From an uncultured Clostridia bacterium (GTDB lineage Bacteria > Bacillota > Clostridia > Christensenellales > Aristaeellaceae), in the NCBI GenBank assembly GCA_947167215.1, contig CAMVHE010000005.1, positions 1,905-65,904 on the forward strand: 64,000 nt of DNA, read 5' to 3'. Both the position numbers and the translations under genes were made by a program. The notes beneath the pieces are model-generated. The model searched no databases. It was not told the DNA's origin and saw only the letters and a list, made by a program, of their open reading frames with translations. Shown piece by piece: positions 1 to 9,002 of the stretch. How positions within the stretch are numbered: position 1 is the stretch's first letter; each line of letters begins with the position of its first letter.

Positions 1-60
1 TTCCGGCAGGGTCTCGCCCTCATAAACGTAGCCACAAATACCACAAACCCACTTAGACAT
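1..60 (-). CDS. rubredoxin-type protein, first 20 codons only (continues beyond window start)
   Basis: Reverse complement of 1-60 reads MSKWVCGICGYVYEGETLPE. WVCxxCGYxY is the first Cys knuckle of rubredoxin or of the rubredoxin-like domains of (reverse) rubrerythrins. The ATG (58-60) overlaps the TAA of the upstream Fur-family gene (ATGTCTAA). Confidence 0.6.
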   Translation of the reverse strand, partial: MSKWVCGICGYVYEGETLPE

Positions 61-454
61 TGCTTTGTTCCTCCTTATTATTCTTCAGACATTTGAGACA
101 GATCCCATAGATCATGATATCAGCCCTTTGAGGAAGATACCCCCGCTCTTCGAGGCTCTGCATAGCTTCCGCTCCCGGATTTCCCGGCAAATCTTCAATC
201 CTTCCGCAGTTTTCACAGATAAAATGCATATGCTGCGGTCTTGAAAACTCATAGACGGCAACACCTGACTCAAGCGCCAGCCGTCGAATCTGCCGTTGTC
301 TCTCCAGGCTGAAAAGCGCACGATAAATTGTCGCTCTTCCTACATCGGGCAAAGCATTCTGAATCTCTTCCGCCGTCATATGGCAATTCTCTGCGGACAG
401 GAGATTTAAAACCTGTTGTGCCTGTCGTGTTACAGCTTGTTTCATCCTCGGCAT
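53..454 (-). CDS. Fur-family metalloregulator (PerR/Fur/Zur type)
   Basis: 133-aa ORF with a winged-helix N-terminus (TAEEIQNALPDVGRATIYRALFSL). C-terminal metal sites HMHFICENCGR and GICLKC form two CxxC pairs. A PerR-like role is inferred only from the downstream rubredoxin-type gene. Confidence 0.85.
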   Translation of the reverse strand: MPRMKQAVTRQAQQVLNLLSAENCHMTAEEIQNALPDVGRATIYRALFSLERQRQIRRLALESGVAVYEFSRPQHMHFICENCGRIEDLPGNPGAEAMQSLEERGYLPQRADIMIYGICLKCLKNNKEEQSNV

Positions 455-491
455 CAGGCTTCCCCTTTTCTATTTGAGACTCAGTATCATT

Positions 492-521
492 ATTGTAATC
501 GTTTCACCTCATGTTAGTCAA
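492..521 (-). promoter_or_regulatory. candidate sigma-A promoter for the Fur-family gene
   Basis: Minus strand reads TTGACT (516-521), an 18-nt spacer, then TACAAT (492-497), about 40 nt upstream of the ATG at 454. Confidence 0.35.
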
Positions 522-534
522 CGATAACATTTTT

Positions 535-693
535 CTATTTTCCAAAGATCACGAACATTGCAAAAATGAAAACCAGAAGAACCACCAGTGCTATATTCAG
601 CTGCTTCACACTGATGTTCGCCCGATCATAGAGATCCGTAACCCAGTTTCCTTTCCGAGGGGGGTCTTTCTCCGTTTTTTTCTCTTCTTCCAC
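535..693 (-). CDS. unannotated 52-aa small tail-anchored membrane protein (hypothetical)
   Basis: Below the 60-aa cutoff of the ORF track. A GTG at 693 is preceded by GGAGGAAACT. Translation: VEEEKKTEKDPPRKGNWVTDLYDRANISVKQLNIALVVLLVFIFAMFVIFGK, i.e. a charged N-terminus plus one C-terminal TM helix. Confidence 0.35.
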   Translation of the reverse strand: MEEEKKTEKDPPRKGNWVTDLYDRANISVKQLNIALVVLLVFIFAMFVIFGK

Positions 694-707
694 AGTTTCC
701 TCCGTTG

Positions 708-740
708 AAAAAGAGCTTCCGCTTGGGGAAGCTCTTTTGT
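708..740. terminator. bidirectional intrinsic terminator after mglC
   Basis: AAGAGCTTCC (711-720) pairs with GGAAGCTCTT (727-736) around a 6-nt loop. It is flanked by an A-run and a T-run, so a U-tract exists on both strands. Confidence 0.6.
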
Positions 741-744
741 TTTC

Positions 745-1743
745 TTACTTGCGGGTCATGTACTTGCGCATGTCCAGAATACAGGCAACCAGAATAACCG
801 CACCCTTGATGATGAAGGCTACGCCGCCGGAAATGCCCAGGAAGGTCATTGCCGTCATGATCAGCTGCATCATGAATACGCCGAGGATGACGCCGGAGAT
901 TTTACCGGTACCACCAACGAACGATACACCACCGATAACAGCAGCAGAAATAGCGTCATTCTCATAAGAGAGGCCCAGAGTCGGTCCGGAGTTGCCAATA
1001 CGGCAGGCTTCGATGAAACCGGTATAGCCGTAAAGAGCACCGGCCAGGATGAAAACGCCGATGATCGTCATCAGAACGTTGACACCGGAAACGCGGGCAG
1101 CTTCTTCGTTGGAGCCTACTGCAAACATGTTTTTGCCGAAGGTCGTTTTGTTCCATACGATCCACATGATCACCGTAATGATGACTGCCAGCAGTACATA
1201 ATACGGCACAGGCTGGCCCGCCACATAGAACATGGGATTGTTGACAAAGCTCTTAACCGCAATCTGCTTCGAATCAGATACCGTCAGATAGGTACCGTAA
1301 ACCATAAGCTGTGTTGCCAGAGTGACGATGAACGGATGGAGCTTGAATTTGCCCATGCAGAAGCCGTTGACCACACCCACGACACCGCCGCAAAGCATAA
1401 CTGCGAGGATAACGAGCACCACAGGCAGCGGTCCAAATGCCAGGACCTTGTTGGAAGCAGCTGCATCCTGAAGCAGAATGGCAGCAATGAATCCGGCAAA
1501 TCCGGCAACACGGCCGCCGGAAAGGTCGGTACCGGCAAGGATGATACATCCGGCAACACCGAGAGCCATCGGCAGACGGGCAGCCGTCAGTTTTACCAGG
1601 TTGATGATATTAGGCAGCTTGATGAATGCCGGCTGACGGATCCAGGTATAGATGGCCAGCAAAAGGATGATGAGAATCATCGCATGATCCAGCACCCAGT
1701 TCAGCACATCAAAGCTTTGGGATTCTTTCTTCGTCTGAGACAT
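745..1743 (-). CDS. mglC: galactose/methyl-galactoside-type ABC transporter permease
   Basis: Multi-TM CUT2-family permease. The ATG at 1743 has AAGGAGGA 7 nt upstream; the longer ORF to 1776 would overlap the mglA stop. Sits in mglB-mglA-mglC order. Confidence 0.8.
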   Translation of the reverse strand: MSQTKKESQSFDVLNWVLDHAMILIILLLAIYTWIRQPAFIKLPNIINLVKLTAARLPMALGVAGCIILAGTDLSGGRVAGFAGFIAAILLQDAAASNKVLAFGPLPVVLVILAVMLCGGVVGVVNGFCMGKFKLHPFIVTLATQLMVYGTYLTVSDSKQIAVKSFVNNPMFYVAGQPVPYYVLLAVIITVIMWIVWNKTTFGKNMFAVGSNEEAARVSGVNVLMTIIGVFILAGALYGYTGFIEACRIGNSGPTLGLSYENDAISAAVIGGVSFVGGTGKISGVILGVFMMQLIMTAMTFLGISGGVAFIIKGAVILVACILDMRKYMTRK

Positions 1744-1756
1744 GATGATGTCCTCC

Positions 1757-3262
1757 TTACACGTATTTGGCCGCAAGGGTCATGATTTCTTCCTGCGTAG
1801 TATGATCTGCATCCACTTCGCCTGCCAGGCGTCCGCCCGACATGACGAGGATACGGTCACATACACCCAGAAGTTCTGGCATCTCGGAGGATACCATAAT
1901 AACAGACTTGCCTTCCTTGGCCAGATTCTGAATCAGCTGATAGATTTCATACTTGGCGCCTACGTCAATTCCGCGGGTGGGCTCATCCAGAAGCAGAATA
2001 TCCGGATTTGTTAAAATCCAGCGTCCGAAAATGACCTTCTGCTGATTGCCGCCGGAAAGTGACTGGATCTTTGTCTTCTGGCTGGGTGTCTTGATGGACA
2101 TCGCCTGAATCATCTCATCCGTCTTTTTCGCCATTACAGAATCCTGGAGGAAAATGGATTTCAGATAGTTTTTCAGGCTGGCGATCACCGTGTTTTCCCG
2201 GATATTAAGAATACCGAGAATTCCGGTTGCACGGCGCTCTTCGGTCACCATTGCAAAACCATTGTGAATGGCTTCCTTGGGATCCTTGTTTCCTATCTGC
2301 ACTCCGTTTTTATAGATGGCACCGCTCTTCTTGGTAGCTGCTCCGAAGATATTCTCCAGCAGTTCCGTTCTTCCGGAACCATCGAGACCGGCAACACCCA
2401 GAATCTCGCCCTTTTTAAGGGAGAAGGAGACATCCTTCAGATGGGAGTATTCTGCAGTAAGGCCCTCCACCCGCATAATGTCTTCGTTCTGTGCGCAGTG
2501 AAGTTTTGCCGGGAACTGGTTGGTCATCTCGCGGCCGACCATCAGGCGGATAATCTCTTCCTTGGTGAGATCACGGGCATTGCGGGTATCAATATATTTG
2601 CCGTCGCGCATGATGGTGACTTCATCGCTGATGCGAAGAATCTCATCCATCTTGTGGGAAATATAGATGATGCCGCAGCCGCGGTCACGAAGCATGTTAA
2701 TGATCCGGAACAGATGTTCCACTTCCTGCTCCGTCAGAGACGAAGTCGGCTCATCCAGCACCAGCACTTTGGCATTGAAGGATACTGCCTTGGCAATCTC
2801 CACCATCTGCCGCTGGGATACCGGCATCTTGCTCATGATCATCTTGGGATCCACATTCACGTCGAGTTCATTGAACACGCGCATGGTATCCTCATACATC
2901 TGCTTCTCACTGACAAAAGGCAGGCCTTTCATCATCGGATAGCGTCCAAGCCAGATGTTATCCATTACGTTGCGCTTGAGTGCCTGGTTTAATTCCTGGT
3001 GCACCATGGCCACGCCACTTTCAAGCGCTTCCCTGGAGTTCTTGAAGCTGACTTCCTTTCCCTCCAGATAAATATGTCCTTCGTCCTTTGAATAGATGCC
3101 GAAGAGGCACTTCATCAGTGTAGACTTTCCTGCACCATTTTCTCCCATCAGTGCATGCACGGTGCCCGCCTTCAAGGAAAGCTGTACATTATCAAGCGCT
3201 TTTACGCCCGGAAAGCTCTTGCTGATTCCCTCCATCCTCAGCAGTAAAGTCTTGTCTTGCAT
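1757..3262 (-). CDS. mglA: galactose/methyl-galactoside ABC transporter ATP-binding protein (duplicated ABC cassette)
   Basis: 501 aa. GISKSFPGVKALDNV...ALMGENGAGKSTLMKCLFGIY...MVHQELN...DEPTSSLTE...YISHKM closely resembles E. coli MglA as I remember it. Confidence 0.9.
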   Translation of the reverse strand: MQDKTLLLRMEGISKSFPGVKALDNVQLSLKAGTVHALMGENGAGKSTLMKCLFGIYSKDEGHIYLEGKEVSFKNSREALESGVAMVHQELNQALKRNVMDNIWLGRYPMMKGLPFVSEKQMYEDTMRVFNELDVNVDPKMIMSKMPVSQRQMVEIAKAVSFNAKVLVLDEPTSSLTEQEVEHLFRIINMLRDRGCGIIYISHKMDEILRISDEVTIMRDGKYIDTRNARDLTKEEIIRLMVGREMTNQFPAKLHCAQNEDIMRVEGLTAEYSHLKDVSFSLKKGEILGVAGLDGSGRTELLENIFGAATKKSGAIYKNGVQIGNKDPKEAIHNGFAMVTEERRATGILGILNIRENTVIASLKNYLKSIFLQDSVMAKKTDEMIQAMSIKTPSQKTKIQSLSGGNQQKVIFGRWILTNPDILLLDEPTRGIDVGAKYEIYQLIQNLAKEGKSVIMVSSEMPELLGVCDRILVMSGGRLAGEVDADHTTQEEIMTLAAKYV

Positions 3263-3307
3263 AGCGTGTTTACTCCTTCTCGGGATGAGGTTTCCTTAAC
3301 GTACAAA

Positions 3308-3337
3308 CGCGGAGGGAATGAAGCAGTTCCCTCCGCG
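3308..3337 (-). other. intercistronic stem-loop between mglB and mglA
   Basis: CGCGGAGGGAA (3308-3318) pairs with TTCCCTCCGCG (3327-3337): an 11-bp stem with an 8-nt loop, followed on the minus strand by TTTGT. Typical partial terminator or stabiliser after a binding-protein gene. Confidence 0.5.
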
Positions 3338-3367
3338 GTGTTTGCATTTCGTCGGTACAGCCGGAAA

Positions 3368-4447
3368 TTACTCGCCGGTGTACTCAGCATACGGAATCTG
3401 AACAAACCAGCCATCGACAACCTTGTAATTCTCGTTGAGGCCGTCGAAAGCATCCTTGCCAGCGATGAGGTTCGCAGTGATGGTAGCAACAGCGTCAGCC
3501 ATGCCAACAGCATCCTGCTTGATGGTGCCGGTCATTTCGCCAGCAGCGATCTTTTCCTTGGCTGCGTCAACAGCGTCCACGCCGAATACCGGGATGGTCT
3601 TGCTGCCTTCTGCGCCGGTGTTGTAGCCAACGCCCTGCAGAGCATTGATAGCACCGATAGCCATATCGTCGTTGTTGCAGATAACGAGCTCGATCATGTT
3701 GCCATTGGCTTCGCTGTACTGGGCCAGGATGGTCTGCATGTAGTCGTTGGAAGCAACAGAGGACCAGGTTCCGTTGGTGTCAACAAGATACTTGTTAGCA
3801 TTGTTGTCATCATAGAACTTGAGAGCGGGCTTGCCAGCAGCGGTCAGGACCGCGTCAGCATTCTCAACACCATACTTGGTGCGGGCAATAGCTTCCTGGT
3901 TTGCTTCGTCGCCTTTGAACATAACATAGGTGATAACGCCGTCGCCGTTCAGGTCAATGGCATCATAGTTTGCCAGCACATAGTTGCCGATCATGGTGCC
4001 CTGCATCATGCCAGCTTCTTCGAAGTTGGTGCCGACGAAAGCGGACTTCTCATAGCCTTCGAACATGGCCTTGGCTTCTGCGTCGTCCTGGGATACTGCA
4101 CGGTTGAAGAACACGGCGGGGAGGCCGGCGTTCTTGGCAACGTCCAGCAGGCTCTGAGCAGTGCCGATAGCACCGGAGTCAACCAGGTTGATTACGACAG
4201 CATTGGTTCCGGTCAGAACAGCAGTGTTGATGTCGTCAGTCTGGGTCTGCTGCACGCCATTGGAATCCTTATCGGTTACGGTGATGCCTTTTGCTTCAAA
4301 AGCAGCATCGAGAGCGGTACGGACGCTGGTCAGATAGACGTCGCCGAAGGTATACCAGGATACCAGAGCGCTGTCAGCAAGAGCTGCGCCGCAGATGAGA
4401 GTCAGCACGAGTGCTGTAGCCATCATCATGGCAAAAAACTTTTTCAT
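3368..4447 (-). CDS. mglB: galactose/glucose-binding periplasmic-type lipoprotein (ABC substrate-binding protein)
   Basis: 359 aa with a signal peptide and Cys (MKKFFAMMMATALVLTLICGAALA). Body resembles MglB (INLVD...VFFN...NNDDMAIGA...IPVFGVDA). Confidence 0.85.
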   Translation of the reverse strand: MKKFFAMMMATALVLTLICGAALADSALVSWYTFGDVYLTSVRTALDAAFEAKGITVTDKDSNGVQQTQTDDINTAVLTGTNAVVINLVDSGAIGTAQSLLDVAKNAGLPAVFFNRAVSQDDAEAKAMFEGYEKSAFVGTNFEEAGMMQGTMIGNYVLANYDAIDLNGDGVITYVMFKGDEANQEAIARTKYGVENADAVLTAAGKPALKFYDDNNANKYLVDTNGTWSSVASNDYMQTILAQYSEANGNMIELVICNNDDMAIGAINALQGVGYNTGAEGSKTIPVFGVDAVDAAKEKIAAGEMTGTIKQDAVGMADAVATITANLIAGKDAFDGLNENYKVVDGWFVQIPYAEYTGE

Positions 4448-4548
4448 GGGAATACACCTCTTGAAAAATATATTTCAACGGCATATCAAATACCGTTGAT
4501 GACAGATGAATCTTCCCTCCTGCTTTTGCAGAAAAAGGGAGCATATGT

Positions 4549-4576
4549 ATTATATCACCTCCGGCGTTTATGTCAA
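4549..4576 (-). promoter_or_regulatory. candidate sigma-A promoter of the mglBAC operon
   Basis: Minus strand reads TTGACA (4571-4576), a 16-nt spacer, then TATAAT (4549-4554), about 100 nt upstream of the mglB ATG. Confidence 0.5.
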
Positions 4577-4801
4577 TGTATTTTTTGAGCACATTGTCTC
4601 CCTCTCCTTTCAAAAATATATATTTTGACAAAAAGCTTTATCGTGATTATATGCATTTCCCTAAATTTTCTTTTCCTGTGCGCTCTGCCCTTCCCCCGGT
4701 TCTTTTCCTGTCTGGTCAAATATCCTCTTGCAAAATATTCCCTTTTTGCGGATAATATTAAGTACGAATGACTTATTTATCATGCAGAAAGGGATATACG
4801 C

Positions 4802-5782
4802 ATGCAAGACACTTCTTTTTATCCTGCTCCCGTCCTCTCTCCCATGTACCTGGCGGATCTTCATCATGACGACCATTATGAAGGTTTTCTGCTGGTGCGC
4901 TCTGCAGAGGTCCGTACTGCCCAGTCAGGGAAGGCTTATATCGATATGAATCTGGCAGATGGCTCCGGCTCCATCAGTGCCAAATGCTGGGACGGTTCCC
5001 AGCCGCCGCCACCCAAGGGCAGCATTATCAAAGTACGGGGTGCAGGGAATCTCTTCCGTGGAACCATGCAACTGCGTGTAGACCGCTTCCGCCCGGCGGA
5101 AAAACAGGACAACGTTGACATGAGCATGCTCATGCCCTGCGCTCCCGAAGCTCCCGAAAAAATGATGGAAGAAATCGTACGGGCAGCAGACCAGATCAAG
5201 GATGCCGACTATCGCAAGATCACCTGCCGAATGCTCGACAAGGCCGGAGACGTCCTTCTCACCTTCCCTGCCGCCATCCAGATGCACCATGCCGAACGGG
5301 GCGGTCTTCTTCATCACACCCTCACCATGCTCCGCAGCGCCAGGGCACTCATCACCGTCTATCCGTATCTGAATCAGGATCTTCTGACGGCCGGCGTCAT
5401 CATCCATGACCTTGGAAAGATTGATGAAATGCAGCAGGATTCCGTCGGCCTGGTTTCGGATTACACCACGGACGGAAAACTCATCGGGCACATCATCCGC
5501 GGAGCCATTAATATTGAGGAAGCGGCAAAAGAAACAAAAGCTTCCATGGAAAAAGCAAGAATTCTGCAGCACATGATGCTTTCCCATCACGGAATCCCGG
5601 AATACGGCTCCCCCAGAATGCCCATGTTCCCGGAAGCAGAAGTTCTGCATACCATTGATACGCTGGACGCGCATCTGTTCCAGATGGTGGAAGCCCAGAA
5701 GCGGGCAGTTCCCGGCGGATTCAGTGACAAGGTCTTCGGCCTTGACAACCGCCAGATTTACCGGCTGCCCGAAGATTCCTGA
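4802..5782 (+). CDS. yhaM: 3'-5' exoribonuclease YhaM-like (OB-fold + HD domain)
   Basis: 326 aa. N-terminal OB region (GKAYIDMNLADGSGSISAKCWD) and HD-domain motifs (HHAERGGLLHHT, IIHDLGKI). AAAGGGA lies 8 nt upstream of the ATG. Confidence 0.75.
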   Translation: MQDTSFYPAPVLSPMYLADLHHDDHYEGFLLVRSAEVRTAQSGKAYIDMNLADGSGSISAKCWDGSQPPPPKGSIIKVRGAGNLFRGTMQLRVDRFRPAEKQDNVDMSMLMPCAPEAPEKMMEEIVRAADQIKDADYRKITCRMLDKAGDVLLTFPAAIQMHHAERGGLLHHTLTMLRSARALITVYPYLNQDLLTAGVIIHDLGKIDEMQQDSVGLVSDYTTDGKLIGHIIRGAINIEEAAKETKASMEKARILQHMMLSHHGIPEYGSPRMPMFPEAEVLHTIDTLDAHLFQMVEAQKRAVPGGFSDKVFGLDNRQIYRLPEDS

Positions 5783-5788
5783 AGACAG

Positions 5789-5816
5789 AAAAAAACCGGG
5801 TTCATCCCGGTTTTTT
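5789..5816. terminator. bidirectional terminator shared by yhaM and the sugar transferase gene
   Basis: A-run, CCGGG (5796-5800), loop TTCAT, CCCGG (5806-5810), then T6. The hairpin overlaps the stop codon of the minus-strand gene. Confidence 0.6.
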
Positions 5817-6539
5817 CTCATTCCATTCCTGCATCATGGCCTGCGCCAGGCGTATGCCGGAATCATATTCTTCCTGTGTGATCTTTCCGGTTGCAAGCAG
5901 CCAGTCTCCATAATCGATGGAGACCTCCAGCTCCTTGTTCGTCTCGGTGATATTGGAACGGATAAAAACCTTTTTCACGGTTTCCAGAATGATCCGGAGG
6001 TCGTTAAGAAAGGTGACTTTTTCAATGTAGCGCAGGTCCCACTGCAGGCGTTCCTCCCAGACAATGGCATTTCTGCCCCTGACCTGTGCCAGACCCGTAA
6101 GACCGGGCCTCGCAGTATGGCGCATTCTTGTCGCCTCATCCATAAAGACCAGGTCTTTGACCAGCTGCGGCCTCGGGCCGACAACGCTCATTTCCCCTTT
6201 CAGAATATTGAAAACCTCCGGGATCTCATCCAGGCTGGTCGCCCGCAGCATTTTTCCGAAGCGGCCCAGACGCACCGCATCCGGCAGCAGTTCTCCTTTT
6301 TCGTCCCGTTCTTCCGTCATTGAGCGGAATTTATAGAGTGCAAAGATCTGCTCTTTTCCGTGCCGGTCCATCCTGCCGGGACGCATCTGCCGGAACAGCA
6401 CCGGCTTTCCCATGCGGATCCGCACAATGATGGCAATCAGAAGAAAAAGCCACCAGAAAAAGAAGATAGCCAGGCATGCACAGAGAATATCCAGGAAGCG
6501 CTTCACATAGCGCTCGTAGAACCCGATCTTTCTCTCCAT
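5802..6539 (-). CDS. small (PglC/WbaP-C-terminal type) undecaprenyl-phosphate sugar phosphotransferase
   Basis: 245 aa with one N-terminal hydrophobic helix. Bacterial sugar-transferase motifs KPVLFRQMRPG, YKFRSM, DEIPEVFNILKGEMSVVGPRP. Confidence 0.8.
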   Translation of the reverse strand: MERKIGFYERYVKRFLDILCACLAIFFFWWLFLLIAIIVRIRMGKPVLFRQMRPGRMDRHGKEQIFALYKFRSMTEERDEKGELLPDAVRLGRFGKMLRATSLDEIPEVFNILKGEMSVVGPRPQLVKDLVFMDEATRMRHTARPGLTGLAQVRGRNAIVWEERLQWDLRYIEKVTFLNDLRIILETVKKVFIRSNITETNKELEVSIDYGDWLLATGKITQEEYDSGIRLAQAMMQEWNEKKPG

Positions 6540-6592
6540 TTCTGACCACCTTCTCGCATATACACCGGAATCCGGTCCGAGCCGGTCCGGAA

Positions 6593-7495
6593 CTACTCCA
6601 TCATTTTCTTTCGGCTGTCCACTGCTCTCGCACCCAGAAGCAGAGCACCCACAACACCGGAATTAACACCCAGGGCAGGAGCAACGATATAACTCTGAAT
6701 ATGTTCTTCAGAAACTGCATCGGATGCCACATAGCCATTGAGCAGGTCCACGACCTTTTCACGGATCCGCGGATACAGGTGCGCCTGCTGCATGACTCCG
6801 CCGCCGAGCACAATGATCTCCGGGGAAAGCATCACAATGAGGTTCACGCACATCTGCGCCAGATAATCCGTTTCCAGGTCCCATGCCGGATGGTCCGGCA
6901 TCATCAGCCGGGAAGAAAGGCCCCAGCGTTTTTCAATCGCAGGACCGCTGGCCAGTCCCTCCAGGCAGTGCTTGTGGAAGGGGCAGCTGCCGTCGGACAT
7001 GCTGTCGTTCTTCATGGGTGCCAGAATCATATGTCCCACTTCGGGATGGACCAGGCCGTGGACGATTTCCCCGTTCAGGACGATACCGCCTCCGACGCCG
7101 GTGCCTACGGTCACATAAACCAGGCTGTTCTTCCGCTTTCCTGCTCCGATCTGGTATTCTGCCAGTGCCGCAGCATTGACGTCCGTATCAATCATGCCGG
7201 GCACGCCCAGTTCATTTTCCAGTTCCGTGAGCAGCGGAAAATTCTGCCATTCCGTCTTGGGGGTAGACGTGATGCTTCCATAATTTGGCGATTCCAGATT
7301 AAGGTCCAGCGGGCCAAAGGAACCGATACCGATCGCTGCAATGCTGAATTTCGAAAAGAAATCCACAATCTGCGGAATAGTCTCCGCCGGCGTGGTTGTC
7401 GGGAAACTGGATCGCTGCAAAACATCTCCGTTTGCCGTTCCAATGGAGCATACCATCTTGGTTCCGCCCGCCTCCAAAGCGCCAATCAACATCAT
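6593..7495 (-). CDS. ROK-family fructokinase (Mak/ScrK type)
   Basis: 300 aa. LEAGGTKMVCSIG near the N-terminus, VGTGVGGG, and the zinc motif GHMIL...CPFHKHCLEGLASG typical of ROK fructokinases. Confidence 0.75.
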   Translation of the reverse strand: MMLIGALEAGGTKMVCSIGTANGDVLQRSSFPTTTPAETIPQIVDFFSKFSIAAIGIGSFGPLDLNLESPNYGSITSTPKTEWQNFPLLTELENELGVPGMIDTDVNAAALAEYQIGAGKRKNSLVYVTVGTGVGGGIVLNGEIVHGLVHPEVGHMILAPMKNDSMSDGSCPFHKHCLEGLASGPAIEKRWGLSSRLMMPDHPAWDLETDYLAQMCVNLIVMLSPEIIVLGGGVMQQAHLYPRIREKVVDLLNGYVASDAVSEEHIQSYIVAPALGVNSGVVGALLLGARAVDSRKKMME

Positions 7496-7705
7496 ATCTG
7501 TTTATCCTCTCTTTCGTGCACCTCTTCTCCGTAAAGCCTTCCGGAATGTCTGTGCACATTCCAAGGCTCCCGTGAGGTACGCCCTACATCATACAATACT
7601 CGTCTTTCTTGTGTCAATCGCCGGAAAATGTTTTTTCTGCATTCCCCCCGTTTTTCCTGTCAGTTCTTCCTTTTCCGCCTTATTCTCCAGTTGGGAGGTT
7701 CCCTT

Positions 7706-8899
7706 ATGAAAACGCCAACTTCTTCCGAGCAGGCAAATCTTGCCTCCCGGGCCGCCAGATCCATTTCTTCCTTTCCCGCCTTTGAAAGCACCGGCGGACA
7801 GTTGCTCTCCCCCGGGGACCGCATCCGCTTTCAGAAGAAAGCGGAGCAGATTCTGAAACAGAACCGTGCCGTCGGGTGTTCCCTTATTCTCTGCCAGGGA
7901 AACCGTTCCCAGATCTTTTCCTACGGGCATGCCAGGCTGCATCCCCCGGAAGACGTCACCCCCGGGACACCTTTCCGCCTGGCCTCTGTCACCAAGCTCG
8001 TTACAACCCTGGGCATTCTGTCCCTGGCCGAAGACGGGCTCCTGTCTCTGGATGCAGACCTGTCCGAGATTTTCGGTTTTCCCGTGCGCAATCCCCATTT
8101 TCCGGATCTTCCTGTCACCCTGCGCATGCTGCTGACGCATACCGCCGGCATCACGGACGGTGACCTGTATAATGAAAAAGGGCTCTCCGGCAGGGCAACC
8201 ACCCGGGAGCTGATCCTCAGCGACACCTCCTGGCTTTCCTGCGCCCCCGGAGAAGCATTCCATTACTCCAATCTCGGTGCCGGAATTGCCGGAGCTGCCG
8301 CCGAGTTGGCAGCAAAGCTTCCCCTGAACGCCCTGATGCAGGCCCGCATCTTTGCTCCTCTCGGCATCCATGCCGGATACGGAAGAGAGCATTTTGACAT
8401 TCCCGTCGCCTGCGGATACCGTCTGTATCCGTTTCTCCCTGCCCAGATGCGCTACAATCCGGACCGGCTGCCCGTCCTTCCGTGCATCGCCTCCGGCGAA
8501 CCCGGCTCCGACTACCTTTCCGCCGCCGGCCGCCTTATTGCCGACGCCGATGGAATTGCAAAACTGCTTTCCCTGTTCGTTTCCCGGGAAGATACCCCCG
8601 TGCTGACCTTCCGCTCCCTTCAGGAAATGCGGAAGGAACAGGCAGGCACCGGAAAAATCCGGCCTGCAGGCCGAGGCCTCAATACGGCCTTTCTGCCCGG
8701 GGTTTTCCCCGGCTTTGCACCGGTCGGCCATCAGGGCGTTGCCTATGGCATGGTTTCCGAATTCTTTGCCGATCCCGAGAGGCAGTGCGGCGTCGCCATG
8801 GCCATCAACGGAGCAAAACTCGTCAACCTGCATCCCCTGCAGCGGGTGGGCATGGACCTTCTTACCCTGGGTTTCCACGCCCTGCAGCAGACCCGCTGA
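7706..8899 (+). CDS. serine hydrolase, beta-lactamase/transpeptidase-like family
   Basis: SxxK (ASVTK) and YxN (HYSNLG) motifs. The ATG at 7706 has GGGAGG 8 nt upstream; the ORF-track start at 7628 is probably an N-terminal over-extension. Confidence 0.75.
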   Translation: MKTPTSSEQANLASRAARSISSFPAFESTGGQLLSPGDRIRFQKKAEQILKQNRAVGCSLILCQGNRSQIFSYGHARLHPPEDVTPGTPFRLASVTKLVTTLGILSLAEDGLLSLDADLSEIFGFPVRNPHFPDLPVTLRMLLTHTAGITDGDLYNEKGLSGRATTRELILSDTSWLSCAPGEAFHYSNLGAGIAGAAAELAAKLPLNALMQARIFAPLGIHAGYGREHFDIPVACGYRLYPFLPAQMRYNPDRLPVLPCIASGEPGSDYLSAAGRLIADADGIAKLLSLFVSREDTPVLTFRSLQEMRKEQAGTGKIRPAGRGLNTAFLPGVFPGFAPVGHQGVAYGMVSEFFADPERQCGVAMAINGAKLVNLHPLQRVGMDLLTLGFHALQQTR

Positions 8900-8967
8900 C
8901 CGGCTGCCTTTCCCCGTATATTCCGCCTGGAAATGCCTCCCGGCCGCAGCGCTTCCCGGCATAAAAG

Positions 8968-9002
8968 ATCGCTCATCATTTCCGGATGATGAGCGATTTT
9001 TT
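8968..9002. terminator. bidirectional terminator between the hydrolase gene and pyrG
   Basis: ATCGCTCATCAT (8968-8979) pairs with ATGATGAGCGAT (8986-8997) around loop TTCCGG. It is followed by T5 on the plus strand and preceded by AAAAG (CTTTT on the minus strand). Confidence 0.7.

Noticed and set aside
492-510. Fur/PerR box overlapping the -10 of the fur promoter (TTACAATAATGATAC)
   Set aside because: Only about 4 of 7 positions of the second half-site match a 7-1-7 palindrome, which is indistinguishable from AT-rich promoter sequence by eye.
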